Source of the DNA: Blastocystis sp. Blastoise
Lineage: Eukaryota; Protista; Bigyra: Opalinata
Length of the DNA: 64,000 nucleotides
Reading direction: 5' to 3'
Assembly (NCBI GenBank): GCA_039096225.1
Contig: JBBPEB010000025.1
Coordinates: 558,001-622,000, forward strand
Part shown: piece by piece, positions 1 to 30,490 of the stretch
Position numbering within the stretch: position 1 is the stretch's first letter
Layout: the number at the start of each line of letters is the position of its first letter
Made by a program: the position numbers and the translations under genes
The notes under the pieces: model-generated
What the model saw: only the letters and a program-made list of their open reading frames with translations
Told to the model about the DNA's origin: nothing
The model's database searches: none

Positions 1-100
1 TAGTAGTATTATTAGTATCTTCTTTATTATTAGTATCTTCTTTATTATGATTATCTTCTTTATTATGATTATCTTCTTTATTATGAATATTATCTTCTTT
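1..100 (-). repeat. 18-nt coding minisatellite (DNHNKE/DTNNKE-like units) in the SMEK C-terminal tail
   Basis: tcttctttattatgatta / tcttctttattattagta units repeated about 5 times. Confidence 0.75.
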
Positions 101-2610
101 ATTTTCAGAAATAATTTCATCTTTTGTAGATATTTCAGACTTTATATCATGTATATTATTAGAACTAGATTCTTTACTATTTTTCTTTTCTTCATTATTC
201 TCTTTATGAATATCTTTATTATTATTATCATCTTCATTATTACTATTATTATTATCAATAACTTTATTCTCTTTAATCTCTTTCTCTTCATATATATCCC
301 TTAAAGAATGAACAGGTAATAATCTTGTTTGAGTTAACTCTAAATTCTCATCTATATCTATATCAGCAGAAGTAGTTGAAGTTGTAGGAATAGAATCTAA
401 TATAGAATGAATAGAATAAGGATTATTTAATGAGATTTCTTTTTCGACTATTTTAATACATTTTTCATCTTCTTTCTTTATAATTGTTTCATCTTCTTTC
501 TTTATTGATTTTTCATCTGTTTTAATAGATTTTTCATCTTTTTCTTCTTCTTTTATAGGAAGCGTATCAACAGTATTATTATTATTATTATTATTAATAA
601 CATCATTATTAGTATTCACTTTATGATCAATCTCTTCATCAATATCTTTATATATATCATCACTATCACTATCATTATCCTTTATATTCTTATTAATACT
701 ATTTGAAGCATTTTCATTTTCTTTCTGATTCTTATTATTGTTATTTATATCATTATTATTATTATTATTAGTATCACTATCACTATCACTATCACTATCA
801 TTATAAGGTACTAAATGTAATTGTTGATTCATTTTCTTTCCTGCTTCTAAACTAGTTTCTAATACTCCTTTTTCATTTAATAATTTCTCTATACTTAAAT
901 CAACACTATGATATTGATTATAATGTATTTTATCCATTTCTTTAAAGAAATCAATTGTATCTTTATCTTTATATTTATAAGCTTCTGGATCATTAATATC
1001 TATTAATTTAATACTTCCATCAGGATTATGTGGACATCCTTCTTTATCTATATAGGTTTCTTCTTTCTTTATATATGTATTAGAATCATTATCATATATA
1101 TAATCTTCTATTTTAGGAGTGGTATTCAATTCATCATCATCATCATTATTATTCTCAAGAATATTCTTCGAATTCGTTGAATTATTCGTAGTATTATTAT
1201 TATTAGTAGTATCATCATCATCATCATCATCAAAATATTCCTCTTCTTCTTGTTGAGCTCTAAAACGTGAATCTTCATCATCACTATATATATATATATG
1301 TTAAATAACATTGAAATAATATTGAAATAATATCTAAATATTATTTAAAATAACAAAAAAACAAAAATAATAATAATATATATATATATACATTTTTCGT
1401 TTATTTCTTTTTTCTAATTCTTGTAATTGTTCATATTGAGTAATAAATATAGCTATTGATCCTAAATGTCTTATAGATTCTAAGTGATTCATATGATCGA
1501 CTATATATTTTAACATTATATTACATTTATTATCACGATTACGTATATAAGCAAATATCTCTAATATTGCACTTATTATAATACCCGATTTATAATAATT
1601 CTCATCTAAATAATCCATAAATGGTAAAAATAAATTATTTTTTACTATATTTTGTGTATACCATTCAGTCTTTATAACTATACATTGCTTATAAAAATTT
1701 ATACAATCTATAGAATATATAATATTTAGTTATTTTATATATATCAAATATGAATAGTATAATTAAAATAATAATAATAATATAATAATATATATACTTA
1801 ATTGAAGATGTTTTTGTGGTGAATTCATATATCTTAAAATAATATCAAATAATTTATTTTTTATTAAGAAATATTTCATATGGAATCCATGATCATTTAA
1901 GAATTGACTTAAGAAATCCATACATAAATATTGAGCTTGACATAAGGATGTATATGCTTTATATATATATTTTTATTAATTAATTATTATTAGTATAATT
2001 ATTATAATTAATTACTAATTATAATAAAATAAAATATTTAAGATTAATAATAAAAATAAAATAAAATAAAATAAAATAAAATAAATAAAAAACAACAGCA
2101 AGAATATATATATATACAGTTTTGTTTCCTATATATAGGATCAGTAAATAAAAGAGGAAAACAGATCCAAATAGCATAATGGTCATAAAAACAATTTACA
2201 AATGTAGAATTTCCCTATATATAATATAATTAATTATAGAATCAATTATATATATATACAGCATTATCTTTAAAATCAACAAGGGATTGAAAGATATTTA
2301 GTACACTTAACTGATTACCATAATCGTTATCCGTACAAAAAATAACACATAGATAATATAATAAACTATAATAAGTTTTTGGATTTTCTGTTTTATATAA
2401 AGGGAAATTTTCTATATATATATGTGATTTTTGAGTAGGAGGAGGAGGAGTATTTTTTTCTAATTTAAAATATTGACGTATATCTGAAGGAGATAGGAAT
2501 ATTATAGATTCTATTGTTTGTAAACTATATATATAATAATAATTGTTAATTATTTATTATAATAATTATATTTATTTATTTATTATATAATGTTTATAAG
2601 AATTACTATC

Positions 2611-2650
<40 letters not shown>

Positions 2651-2823
2651 GGATTTCTTCATAGGATGAGTAAGAGTAGTTGATGCTAATATAGGTATAA
2701 ATGATGATAATAGAGATCGCTTCTGAAGACAAGTAGACCTACAATAAGATATATACATATATAAAATAAAGGATATTGTTACTAATATATGTATAATAAT
2801 ATATGTATAATAATAATAATAAT

Positions 2824-2862
<39 letters not shown>

Positions 2863-3181
2863 AAGGTCCTTCTTTTCTATATCTAACAGAGGTCTAGCCC
2901 TATAGAATAATTCTTCAATTAGACCCAAACAATATTCTAATACAGAAGGAGATGCAGATAAATTCTCTAAAATACAAAACCTATATATATAAATGTAAAC
3001 AAAAAATTATTGAAATAATATAAAAATAATAATTATATATATATATATATATACAATTGAGATATATATAGATCATTTGAAGAAATTCCTTTAATTAATT
3101 CACAATTGTTTTCTTGTAATGTCTTTTGTAAAATATCCGTGGTTATATCGTCTTTTGGTTGAGGATAAATCGCATTCTATA

Positions 3182-3231
<50 letters not shown>

Positions 3232-3379
3232 AAGAAAGATAATCTGAAATTTTCATGAATCATGTCTAATAATTGTTTATTATCCAATTTTAGTACTTCC
3301 TTATACTTTTCATTCTCCTTCAAATAATCACGGAAATTTCCTTTATAAGGTAACTCATGATTATCTATTTAAATAAATA

Positions 3380-3473
<94 letters not shown>

Positions 3474-4837
3474 TATATACATTCCATAGTTCCAAATACA
3501 AGTAGATATAAATCGTCCGAAAAGAGACTTTTAATTAAGGGCTTATAATCAATATATACTAAAGATAATAATAGTAATATATATATTATTTAAATAAATA
3601 GTAAACATAATTATAATAAAAAATAATAATAAATAAGAAAAAGAAAATTAAATAATAAATATATAAATAAATATTATAATAAAAATATAGAACATTATAA
3701 TAATATATACCTATCATTTTTGTGATATCTGCAAATGTTTCTAAAATAACAGTTTTCTTCTTCTTCTCCTCTTCTTCTACTTCTAAGAAACGACCATATA
3801 AACTCTTTAAATACTGAGAATTCTATATATAGTATATATTATAATATCTTATAATATAATACATAATAATTTAATATAATATAATATTATATTTATAATA
3901 CTATATATACATTATTAAGAAGTGATTTAATAAAGCTCATTTGATTCTTTTGATATTGTGTTCTAAATTCATCTAATATATCGATAACTGGCGTAATCTT
4001 AACATCTGGTAATTTTATTAATGCGGCTGTATTGACAGCTATAATATATATATAAATAAACATAATATATATAAATAAATAAACATAATAATATATATAA
4101 ATAAACATAATAATATATAAATAAATAAACATAATAATATAAATAAAAAACATAATATATATAAATAAATAAACTAATATATAAATAAAAAATAAATATA
4201 TTAATAAAAAAAAGCCATAAAAAAATAACTATAAATAATATATATATATACATTCAGGACTTAAATTATCTTGATATGATCTCATATACACTATAAATAA
4301 TAAAAATAATACTATATATAATAAATAATCTTACTATATATATTAGAAAAAGAGTTTTGTTGTGATTGTTGATATTCTTGGATCATATCTCTAAAGATAT
4401 ATAGTATAATCAAATAAAATTTTAAAAAAAATAAATTATTTACAATATTTCTTTTCGTTTACTAGGAAGTTTGAAGCTGAGAGCTATTTCATCATCATTA
4501 TCTTCAGTCCACATAAGAATAGTATCTATAAAATAGAATAAAATACAAACTAGAAACACGAACAAAAACGAATTTTCAAATAATAATATACCTCCAGAAG
4601 GATTATAACTTCCATTGTCTTTAATTTGAGTTTCAAAAAGAACTTTCTCAGGATTATCAACGTCATGAAGAAATAATTTCAATTGAGAAGATTCCTATTT
4701 GAAAAATAATAATAATACACAAAAATAAAATATAAATATACATCAATAGTAGCTAACTCTACATCACCAATACATTTTTCATCCCATTGACCATCTTCAC
4801 GAAGCTTATATAATTTTGCCAAAGTTTTTTCTTCCAT
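1..4837 (-). CDS. PPP4R3: PP4 regulatory subunit 3 (SMEK/Psy2) homolog; multi-exon, 3' end runs off the window
   Basis: The ATG at 4837 gives MEEKTLAKLYKLREDGQWDEKCIGDV, matching the SMEK EVH1 start (VKVY.L..D.QWDD.GTG.V). Later exons read ILMWTEDNDDEIALSF, VFGTMEY, FLSQFLNDHGFHMKYFLIKN and KNNLFLPFMDYL..IISAILEIFAYIR. The GT-AG junctions checked splice in frame. An acidic low-complexity last exon stays open to position 1. Confidence 0.88.
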
Positions 4838-5586
4838 ATTTTAATTTTACTTTGGTTGTTATAATTTAATTAATTTAATTTTTATAAATTTATATAAGAA
4901 AAACCTATAATTTCAATCAATAAAAATTAAAATAAAAAAAAGTGGGAATGCAAAATATAAGAAAAAAAAAATGAAATGAATTTCTTTGTGAATACTAATA
5001 AAGACAGAATTTGACTTAGCTTCAGTTTACCGAATAATACCGTGGTTCTTTTTTCATTTAGGCTATATTAAAAAGAGGAGAATTTGATTTGGCGGCATAA
5101 ACCTTTTCAAACTTGATTTATGATTATTTTTTTAAATAAACCGATTTGTTCTAATATTTTTACATTTATTTTTCATATTGTGTTTTTTTCATTTATTTTA
5201 CCCTTATTATGAATATTTATTTGGTTCTTATTGCTTTTATATGATTTGTATTAATAGAGAGATATGAAAAATCAATTTAATAATAAAATAATTTATAATA
5301 ATATAAATAATTGAATTAATTCCAGGTCACATGTAATAAAAGCGCTTTAAATTCTTCATCATAATGAGATATATACTTAATAGTATGTTTCAAAAGACTT
5401 AAAAATAGATATAAAAGTTGAAATCACAAAAAGTGCTAATAATTACGTTTTTCGTAACATAAAATAAAAATAAAATGATTATACTTTAATCAATACGCAT
5501 TTAATTGAAAAAACTAGAAGAAAAACAGAAAAAGAGTTACAAAAATAAAATAATTATACAAGAATTATAATAAACTACAATTTATA

Positions 5587-6657
5587 TTAGTTTTTCACTT
5601 CTGTGTTTTGAACCATTTTTTGACGGCATTCAGGACAAAACCTATAAAATAAATAGATATGATTAGAAACTTTAAATATTTTTTGAAATCATATAAATAT
5701 ACCATGTTTCAGTTTCAGGAACTTGATAATCTGCAGGTAGACCAACACAACTATAATGAAACCATTTATAAGGGCAATTTGGATTATCACATTCAATCAT
5801 TAATCCATAACTACGTTGATTACATAAACAATATTTTTCTTCTGTTTCTTTTTCTTCATCACTATCAACTTCCATCTCTTTTACTACAGTTTTTTCTTCT
5901 TTTTCTGTTGTAGAATCATCATTCGATTCATGTATAGGATACTATATTATTATAATGTTTTATTATAATGTTATTATAATGTTATAATTATTATAATGTT
6001 TTATTATAATGTTATTATTATTATAATTTTTTATTATAATGTTATTATTTACATAACAACATTGAATATCATTAATAATAATATATATATACTCTTCGAT
6101 TTCTTTTTGGTCTTCTTTTAGCATCATCTCGTTTATTTTCTTCAATAGATTTCTTTTGTTCTTCTTTATACTATATAATATATAATTATCATATTAAGAT
6201 TATTATAATTCTTCTTTTTTCTTAATATGTATACAACTATAATAAAACACAATATATATATACTTCTTCAAGTCTACCGACGAATTCATGAAGTAACGTT
6301 GTTTCTTCAACATTGTTCTGTGTTAAATGACTACAATAATTAATGAATTATAAAAATATTTTAATAAAAATTTTGAAAAAAAAACAAAAATTATCAATAA
6401 AAACATACCTTGACACGATTTTTGCAAGATCATCCTTCTTGTTACCCTTCGATACAGGAATATGATAATAATCTATGTACTTTTGAAGTGTTTGTTCCTA
6501 AAGAAATACATGAAATAACATTTAGACTTTATAAAATAATAGAAAAATCAATAGTGCTCAAACACTAACGCAGGTATAAAAAGAAATATATTCTGGAAGA
6601 AAAAAATACACAAAGGACATTAAAATTAACTAAGGGCATCGATTCTGATAAAGACAT
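5587..6657 (-). CDS. ING-family PHD finger protein; multi-exon, 5' exon structure uncertain
   Basis: [33 protein letters not shown] joins across a GT-AG intron to [11 protein letters not shown] (5587-5589), the ING-type C4HC3 PHD. Upstream exons are charged/coiled-coil-like. Confidence 0.85.
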
Positions 6658-7372
6658 TTTTTGTTATTTTTATAATTTTGAATATGTTGATATTTTGCTA
6701 ATTGAGCAATAACTTATTTTAATCTTTTCGTGAAGAATAGAAAAGAACCTTATCTATAAAAAAAATAGAAATGTTTTTTTAAAATAGGGACGGTCTTCTT
6801 CAGTTATTAATGATTATTTACTATAATCATGAAGTTTCTGTCATTTTTCCCAGATTCAAAACTTGATTTCTCTGGTATTGCGTTTCTCATTGATTCTAAG
6901 ATATATAGAAAGAAGTCATTATTAAATTCATTTTTTTCGCATTATACAGAATAATATTTATAGAGTAATGGATAGTATTTTTTATTAGTATACTATTATG
7001 TTAATGTCGATAATATTTTGTTTCCTTTTTATACTAGTTTCATTCTTAATAGAAAGAGACTGGCTATTCAAAATGGGTTTTACAATCAAACACAAAATAT
7101 TAAAGGAAGATAATTACTCACGACTAAATGAATAGAGTGAAACAAAACAAAAAATTAGTAAAACATAGATAAAAATAAAACAAAACAGACAAAAAAGAAA
7201 AATAGATATAACATAGAAAGAACTTATAGACTTTAGTCATAGACACAAACATAGTATAAATAATGACTTTATAAATAATAAACAAATGACAATTCGAAGA
7301 GTATCGACAAGAAAAAAAGAAGAATAAACTTTAAAATTGAGAGACAAGAACAACAATAAATAAGGAAAAAAA

Positions 7373-23255
<15,883 letters not shown>

Positions 23256-23579
23256 TTTGCTATTTACTATAAATAATCAAACAAAATTGTTTTTCAAACA
23301 ACGATTTAATGTGATAATTGATGTTCAAAGCAGACTCTCTTTATCTATAAAGTGATGAATATGACAAGTTATAAAGTGATACATAGATTACTTGATAGCA
23401 AACAAAATAAACTAATAAAAAACAAAAGAATGTGAAGTTTTAAGTTCCCGTAAAAAAACAGTCTCTCTAACCGCAAAAAACTATTGGATTCTTGATTGAA
23501 TTCATAATTCATAAAAAAAGAAAAAATTTCAAAATAACAATAAATAAAATAAGATGAGTATAATAAAAGTTCATATTCA

Positions 23580-25040
23580 TTACGAGGAGTTTATAATTAA
23601 TCCGAAATAACTAAAGAATCTACTTTTTTTTGTTCCTTCAAGTTGATCATACATTTCTTGAATCGTGTTGATAACAATAGTTTTCAATTTTTTATTTGGA
23701 GATATAAATAGATGGTTACATCGATCATATAAATTCATTAATTGCTTATCATTTTCGTCAGTGTCTAATAAAGTGAAGTTGTTTTGTAATATAATTTTCA
23801 GAGTATTTATATATATAATAGCGAAACTTGCCATTTGAGTTGAGAGATCAGCACAAAGATGAGGAGAAATATTTTGACATATATATAGTTTGGTCTATAA
23901 CATAGTATACACATTTATATTATTATATATTATATATACATTATTATTTTCTAAACAGATTTCAAGTAGTTTTCCTAGCACATTTCGTTCATGTATATAT
24001 TTTTTTTTATTATATATAGGATATAACTTTGTTGAAATATCATTATTACGTGTGTTATAGTCATATATAGTAATATCTTCAGATTCCTCAAGATATGTAT
24101 ATAATATACTCCATAATAAGATTTCCTATATAGACAATGAACAATAATTATATGAATATTATATACTATTAATTAATATAATACACATATATAATCTTTA
24201 TATAACATTATATCTTATTATAATTACATAGATATACAATATAGTTATTATTAGTTTTGAATAATATAATTAGTTTTTGTAAAAGTAGTTTCAATTGTGT
24301 TTTCATATATTCACCATTATAAAGTAACGAATTAATTAATTGTAACAATGATTTTGCAAGTGACATAATTATATGTGTTTTAGGTTCTAATTTATATTTA
24401 CAGCAATAATTATTTTGGAATACAGATCTTGAAGTCTCTATATATAAATATAATATGTATAAATAAACAACATATACCGTTCTCAAATAGTATAACAGAA
24501 GTAATATAATTGAGGATGGATAAGAATTGAATTACATGGTTTTGAGATTGAATACGATTCATTAATAACTATATAAAGTTTTATTTATAGAAAAAAACAA
24601 TAAATATAAGCATACATCTAAAAACACACTAGAATATATTTTTGTTTCAGCAGAGATAGTTTGATATCGTTTACATGAATCAATAATAATTGCTAATAGC
24701 CGTTCATTGTTATCATCAATGAAATAATGACTGTTTACCAAACAATGCAAGAAAAAAGAATATGAATCGAATGGCAGATTTAGGGCATTAGAATCAGAGA
24801 ATTGTATATTTTGAAGTAAACAATCAAATTGTTCTTTTGAATATAAACTTATTTTCTACAAGAATATCAATAGATTGTGTTCTGCTAATGTTTTAATGAC
24901 TTATTAGAAAATACTTTATCCACTAATTGACATACACTCTCAATTTGTTTCATATATTCTTGATTCAGTGATTGAATATCATGTGAATTTATTAGTTTAA
25001 TAAGGCTTACAAAAATATCAATGCAATTCTCATCATTCAT
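23580..25040 (-). CDS. Hypothetical multi-exon protein, Leu/Ile-rich and probably alpha-solenoid
   Basis: ATG at 25040 (MNDENCIDIFVSLIKL). GT-AG introns link ORFs 24562..24750, 24208..24486 and 23580..23834. No recognisable family motif. Confidence 0.55.
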
Positions 25041-25526
25041 TTAAAGAGCTTTTTTAAAAAAAATTAAGAAATGAATTTTTGCTATTTAAACAACCATATT
25101 TTTTTATAAAATAAAATAAAAATTGAAAATAGATGATTAGTGTGAATTCAAAGACTTAGGGAACGGTCAATATCACCATATACAAAATTGTCCATTTGGG
25201 TTTTGTGATCATTCAATGTAATTTTTGATTTCATTCGTATATTTTTATTCTAACGATATATAGAACAACTATACAATGATATATAACTGAAATTTCATTA
25301 AAGTAATCAAGAATTTTTCTAAAATTATATTGAAAATAGATAAAAACATGGATACATTGGTTTACAAAAAAGTAAATATCAAATATATGCTGATTTCATG
25401 AGCAAACCAAGTTAAATGAAAAATATTAAGTTTCGGTTCAAACAATAAAAATAAAAATATAAATAAATAATAGAAAGATCATATATATTAGAAGATCATA
25501 TATGAATAACAACTACACTGTTTTGA

Positions 25527-26589
25527 TTAAACAACAGTTTTGCTTTCACTCTTAGCATTGGGACAACCAAGAATATACCTATATTAATATTATATATTTC
25601 ATGATATACATAGAAAAAAAAATATATGTAAGTTGAACAATGATAAGATATATATACCAGTAAAGGAAAGCAACTAATAAACTACCTCCAATCATATTAC
25701 CTAAAGTGACAGGAATAAGATTATTCCATAAATATTGACCCCAAGTAACAGTACCATAATGAATGCCAAGAGGAATCATAGTCATATTGGCAACACTATG
25801 TTCAAATCCAAGAGCACAGAAAGAAAATATACCTACCCAAATACATAATGCTTTATTAACAGCATCACTATAGAATCCAGCCATCCAAAGAGCAAGATTG
25901 ACAAGCCAATTACAAGCAATACCTTTCATTAAAGCTCTTCCCCAAGAAAGAGAAGTTTTAGAAACAGCGAGATTCACTACCCAACTCTTATAAGGATCAC
26001 TATCAAATGTACCACTATATAATAATAGTAATAATAATAATAAATATAATAATAATAATAAAGAAATATAAATATATACCAAGGAACAATAATACACCAG
26101 ACAAATAAAGAAGAGCCAACAAAGTTACCTATATAAGAAACAAGAAGATTCTTAAGAACTTGCATCCAAGTAGTTGTTTTTCCTAATAAGCCATAGGTCA
26201 TAGATCCAACGTTACCAGTGAATAATTCAGAACCAGCTATAAAATTATAACAGGAATAATAAAATGGTGAATACTATATTCCATAAATATATAGAGGAAC
26301 ATATATATTCACATACCAATAACAACAATAGTCAGTGCAATAGGGAAAAACAAGCTGAAGAGAATCTTCGAAACAACAACGTTAGAGTGACCAGAGGCAC
26401 AAACAGCAGCAACGGTACCTCCCTAATATTTAAAGTTTATTTCATTGTTGTTGTTTTACATACAACACCAATATAAGCACCAGCAAGAATAGATGAGACA
26501 AAGAGTCTGTCTATTCTGACGTCCGCCTTCTTAGGAGCACCCTTAGCCATGTCTTGGAAGTTTTCAGTAGGTTTTTTAGCACCGCTCAT
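25527..26589 (-). CDS. Formate/nitrite transporter (FNT family), 5 exons
   Basis: SILAGAYIG, FPIAL..GSELFTGN, SYIGNFVGS, KGIACNWLVNLA, GFEHSVANM (conserved His), LIPVTLGNMIGG; ATG 26589, TAA 25527. Confidence 0.93.
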
Positions 26590-26769
26590 GTTGTTCTCTT
26601 TGGATATTAATAAAATAAATATCAAGACATTACACAAAACATTTTCTTTATGGCTCAATTGTTCAACAAATGAATGATGAGGAATCATAACCTTTGAAAA
26701 TCTTGGGAAATCTATTGATTGTAGTCAATATTTTCAAAAAAACAATTTTTCTCGAGATTCTAGGAGTCG

Positions 26770-26940
26770 GAAAAATAGCCAATGAAAAACAAAAGAAATC
26801 GACATTTCTATCTACAATTCCTCAAAGACCTCAGATACAATAGGCTCGTCATCAAGTAAGAATGACGAAAGAGTTGTCAATGATAGGATTTATTGGTTAT
26901 TCGAAATGCAAAACTTTTCCTTAAAGAATGACGTTCATAC
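26770..26940. promoter_or_regulatory. Candidate FNT promoter with ATGACG/CGTCAT half-sites and CCAAT boxes
   Basis: CGTCAT at 26847, ATGACG at 26862 and 26928, GCCAAT at 26778, ATTGG at 26892. Confidence 0.45.
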
Positions 26941-27736
26941 CCCCACATTGACAAAACAACAATAAAAATCTATGATATTGAAAAAAGAATTATTTAAGGG
27001 CTGGATTCATAGCAATTTACATAGTTTACCTATAGAACATGACATAATTGAAAGATATTTACAATACATGAATGCATTGATTAAATAAAGTTGTAATAAA
27101 GGAAAACGAGGGTTAAAAGTCTACAATTAGAGAATGTAAAAGTTACAAAATAATATAATACAATGAGCAGAAAAGCTAATATAATGCTCTGATGTTTTAC
27201 ATATCATTCTGAAAATTAATTGAAGAATAAGAAAAAATGTAATTGTGAAACTAATCAGAATTTTAAAGTGTACACGAATCTAAAATGTACAATATATATC
27301 ATATATCTTAGAATACCGGTTTGTTTAGATAGCGTAATAATTTGAGAATTCTAAAATGTATTTTATAATACTCAACTCGTACCTTTTAGAATATATATTC
27401 ATCTTGATTAAGAATAGAATCTATGATCTTGAATTTTATTCGTTAAATCTTTTCTGATAATTTGATAATATGTAAATAAAAAATATGATTAGGAGTTTAT
27501 AACAATATTCTTCAATAAATGTACACAATATAAAAATATAAGATGATCGTGTGATATTAATAAATAGCAAATAAATAAAGAAAACATTTATTATTAGAAT
27601 CACGATTATTTAGTTTCCAAAAGTGAGAAAAAGAGAAACAAACAAAAACTTCTGAATATAGAAGGTTTCGTCAAAATAAAAAGAATTGCATAATTGCATT
27701 TCCCCTATAAATAAATAGTAAAAGGATAATAGGAAT

Positions 27737-28158
27737 ATGTTTGTATTGAATGAGGAGATGAATAAGGTGAAGAGTAAGACTGGGATGCCAGTAGTTGAAG
27801 GTTCAAGTTCGAAGGTTGTACAAAATTTGTATATAAATTAATATATAAAAAAAATATTATATATTAAAGAATATTATATATTAAAAAGTATTAAAAATTT
27901 AAAAAAAAAGAAAATATTGAATAAGATTATGAAATAAGAAAAAAATAATAATAAAAATATATATAGAACATTATTACAAAAGATGAAAATGATATGTATA
28001 AATATGTCAAAGGTAAATAAATATAAATAAATATAAATAAATATAAATAAATATAATATAAATAATATATATAGGCTCCATTTGTTCATAAGTTTGTAGT
28101 ATTTATAGCATCTGGTTTTGGTTTTTATTTTTTTGGTTCAAAATTATTATTAGAATAA
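27737..28158 (+). CDS. Unannotated 73-aa protein with C-terminal TM helix, copy 1 (exons 27737-27828, 27967-28012, 28075-28158)
   Basis: MFVLNEEMNKVKSKTGMPVVEGSSSKVVQNLTLLQKMKMICINMSKAPFVHKFVVFIASGFGFYFFGSKLLLE*. Two GT-AG introns with matching phases; differences from copy 2 are mostly synonymous. Confidence 0.8.
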
Positions 28159-28440
28159 ATGAAATAAAAATATTAATTAATAGTTTTGTTATTAAATAAT
28201 GATATTCGTTTGTTATTAAATTAAAAAAAACAAAACAAAAAATATTTTTTTTTTAAATATTTTTTTAAAGAATTAAGGATTTATTTATTTATTATTATTA
28301 AAAATAAAAGAATATATATTATATATATATTATAATAATTGATTTATTATAGAATTACCAAAAAAAAAAGAAGAAGAAGAATAAGAATACGATGAATTAT
28401 AATTATTTATATTAAAATATAAAAAAAAATATATATTTTT

Positions 28441-30450
28441 TTAATAAACACGTTTCTTAGGAGGAATAGGAGCAACTTCAGATTCATCAAGAGTATTCAT
28501 ATGAACAGGTCTATACATAAGTGTAGTTTTACCAGTACCAAATAAGGAATCATCATAATAAGCAACAGTATGTTTTAACCAATTCTTATCATCACGTTCA
28601 GAATAATCTTCACGAGCATGAGCACCACGAGATTCTTTACGAGCTTCAGCAGAAATCATAGTAGTATGAGCTTGAGCCATTAAATTTTGTAATTCTAATG
28701 TTTCAACAAGATCAGTATTCCAAACCATAGAACGATCACTAGTCTTAACATCCTTAAGAAGACTAACAACTTCATTCATCTTCTTACAACCTTCTTGTAA
28801 AGTTTCTTCAGTTCTAAATACAGCAGCATAATCTTGCATAGTTCTTTGCATCTTTAATCTAAGTTCAGCAGTAGGAATATGACCATTAGCATAACGAAGT
28901 CTATCAAGATTTTCTAAACAAGATTTACCAGCATCATTAGGAAGAGGTGTTTTAGCTTGACCAGGTTTACTAATTTCTGTAATTCTATTAGCAGCAGCAC
29001 GACCAAATACAACAATATCAAGAAGTGAATTAGCACCTAATCTATTAGCACCATGTACAGATGAACAACCAGCTTCACCAGCAGCAAATAAACCTTTTAC
29101 TACTTTTTCAGTATCTTCTTCACTTGGTTTTAATACTTCAGCAGTATAATTTGTTGGTAAACCACCCATATTATAATGTACAGTAGGTAAAACAGGTACA
29201 GGTTCTTTAGTAACATCAACACCAGCAAAAATACCAGCAGTTTCTGAAATACCAGGAAGACGTTCATGAAGAAGATCAGCAGGAAGATGATCTAAATGAA
29301 GATAAATATGATCTTTAAGAGGACCAACACCACGTCCAGCTCTAATTTCCATTGTCATAGCACGAGATACAACATCACGACAAGCTAAATCTTTAGCAGT
29401 AGGAGCATATCTTTCCATAAAACGTTCACCTTCAGAATTTCTTAATACACCACCTTCACCTCTACAACCTTCAGTCATAAGACAACCAACACCATAAATA
29501 CCAGTAGGATGGAATTGAACAAATTCAGGATCTTCAATAGGAATACCAGCTCTCATAGCCATAGCAGTACCATCACCAGTACATGTATGAGCAGAAGTAG
29601 CAGAGAAATAACAACGACCATAACCACCAGTAGCAATTATTGTATTATTACAATGGAAACGATGAATAGAACCATCTTCTAAACATAAAGCCATAACACC
29701 AACACATTCATCACCATTCATAATTAAATCAAGAGCATGATATTCAATAAAATAAGATGTATTATAAGCAAGAGATCTACCATATAAAGTATGAAGCATA
29801 GCATGTCCAGTACGATCAGCAGCAGCAGCTGTTCTATAAGCTTGACCACCTTCACCAAATTCTTTAGTCTATATATATTATTATTATTATTTATTAAATA
29901 CTTGATTATATAATATTATTATTATTTTATATATATAATACGCTTATTTAATATTTTTATTATATTCTAATTATATTTATTTATTTATTTATTTTATATA
30001 TATATATTATTATTAAAATAATAAAATATATTATTTATTAGAAATTATTTTATTGATTTGTCTCATTATAAATAAAAATAAAAAATTATATATATATATA
30101 TATATATACTTGACCACCAAAAGCTCTTTGATAAATCTTACCATTTTCACATCTAGAGAAAGGAAGACCATAATGTTCTAATTCACGAACAGCACGAGGA
30201 GCTTCACGACACATATAATGAATAGCATCTTGATCACCTAACCAATCAGAACCTTTTACAGTATCATAAAAATGCCATCTCCAATCATCAGCATGCAATA
30301 TATTATTATTATTATTTATTATTATTATATATATACATACCATATTACCTAAAGCAGCATTAACACCACCTTGAGCAGCTACAGTATGAGAACGAGTAGG
30401 GAATAATTTTGAAATAACAGCTGTTTTAAAACCCTATATATTATTATTAA

Positions 30451-30490
<40 letters not shown>

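Noticed and set aside
27780-27830. In-frame TGA (selenocysteine-like) reading of micro-gene exon 1 spliced directly to exon 3
   Set aside because: The 46-nt middle exon resolves the phase, and the synonymous pattern supports the stop-free frame.
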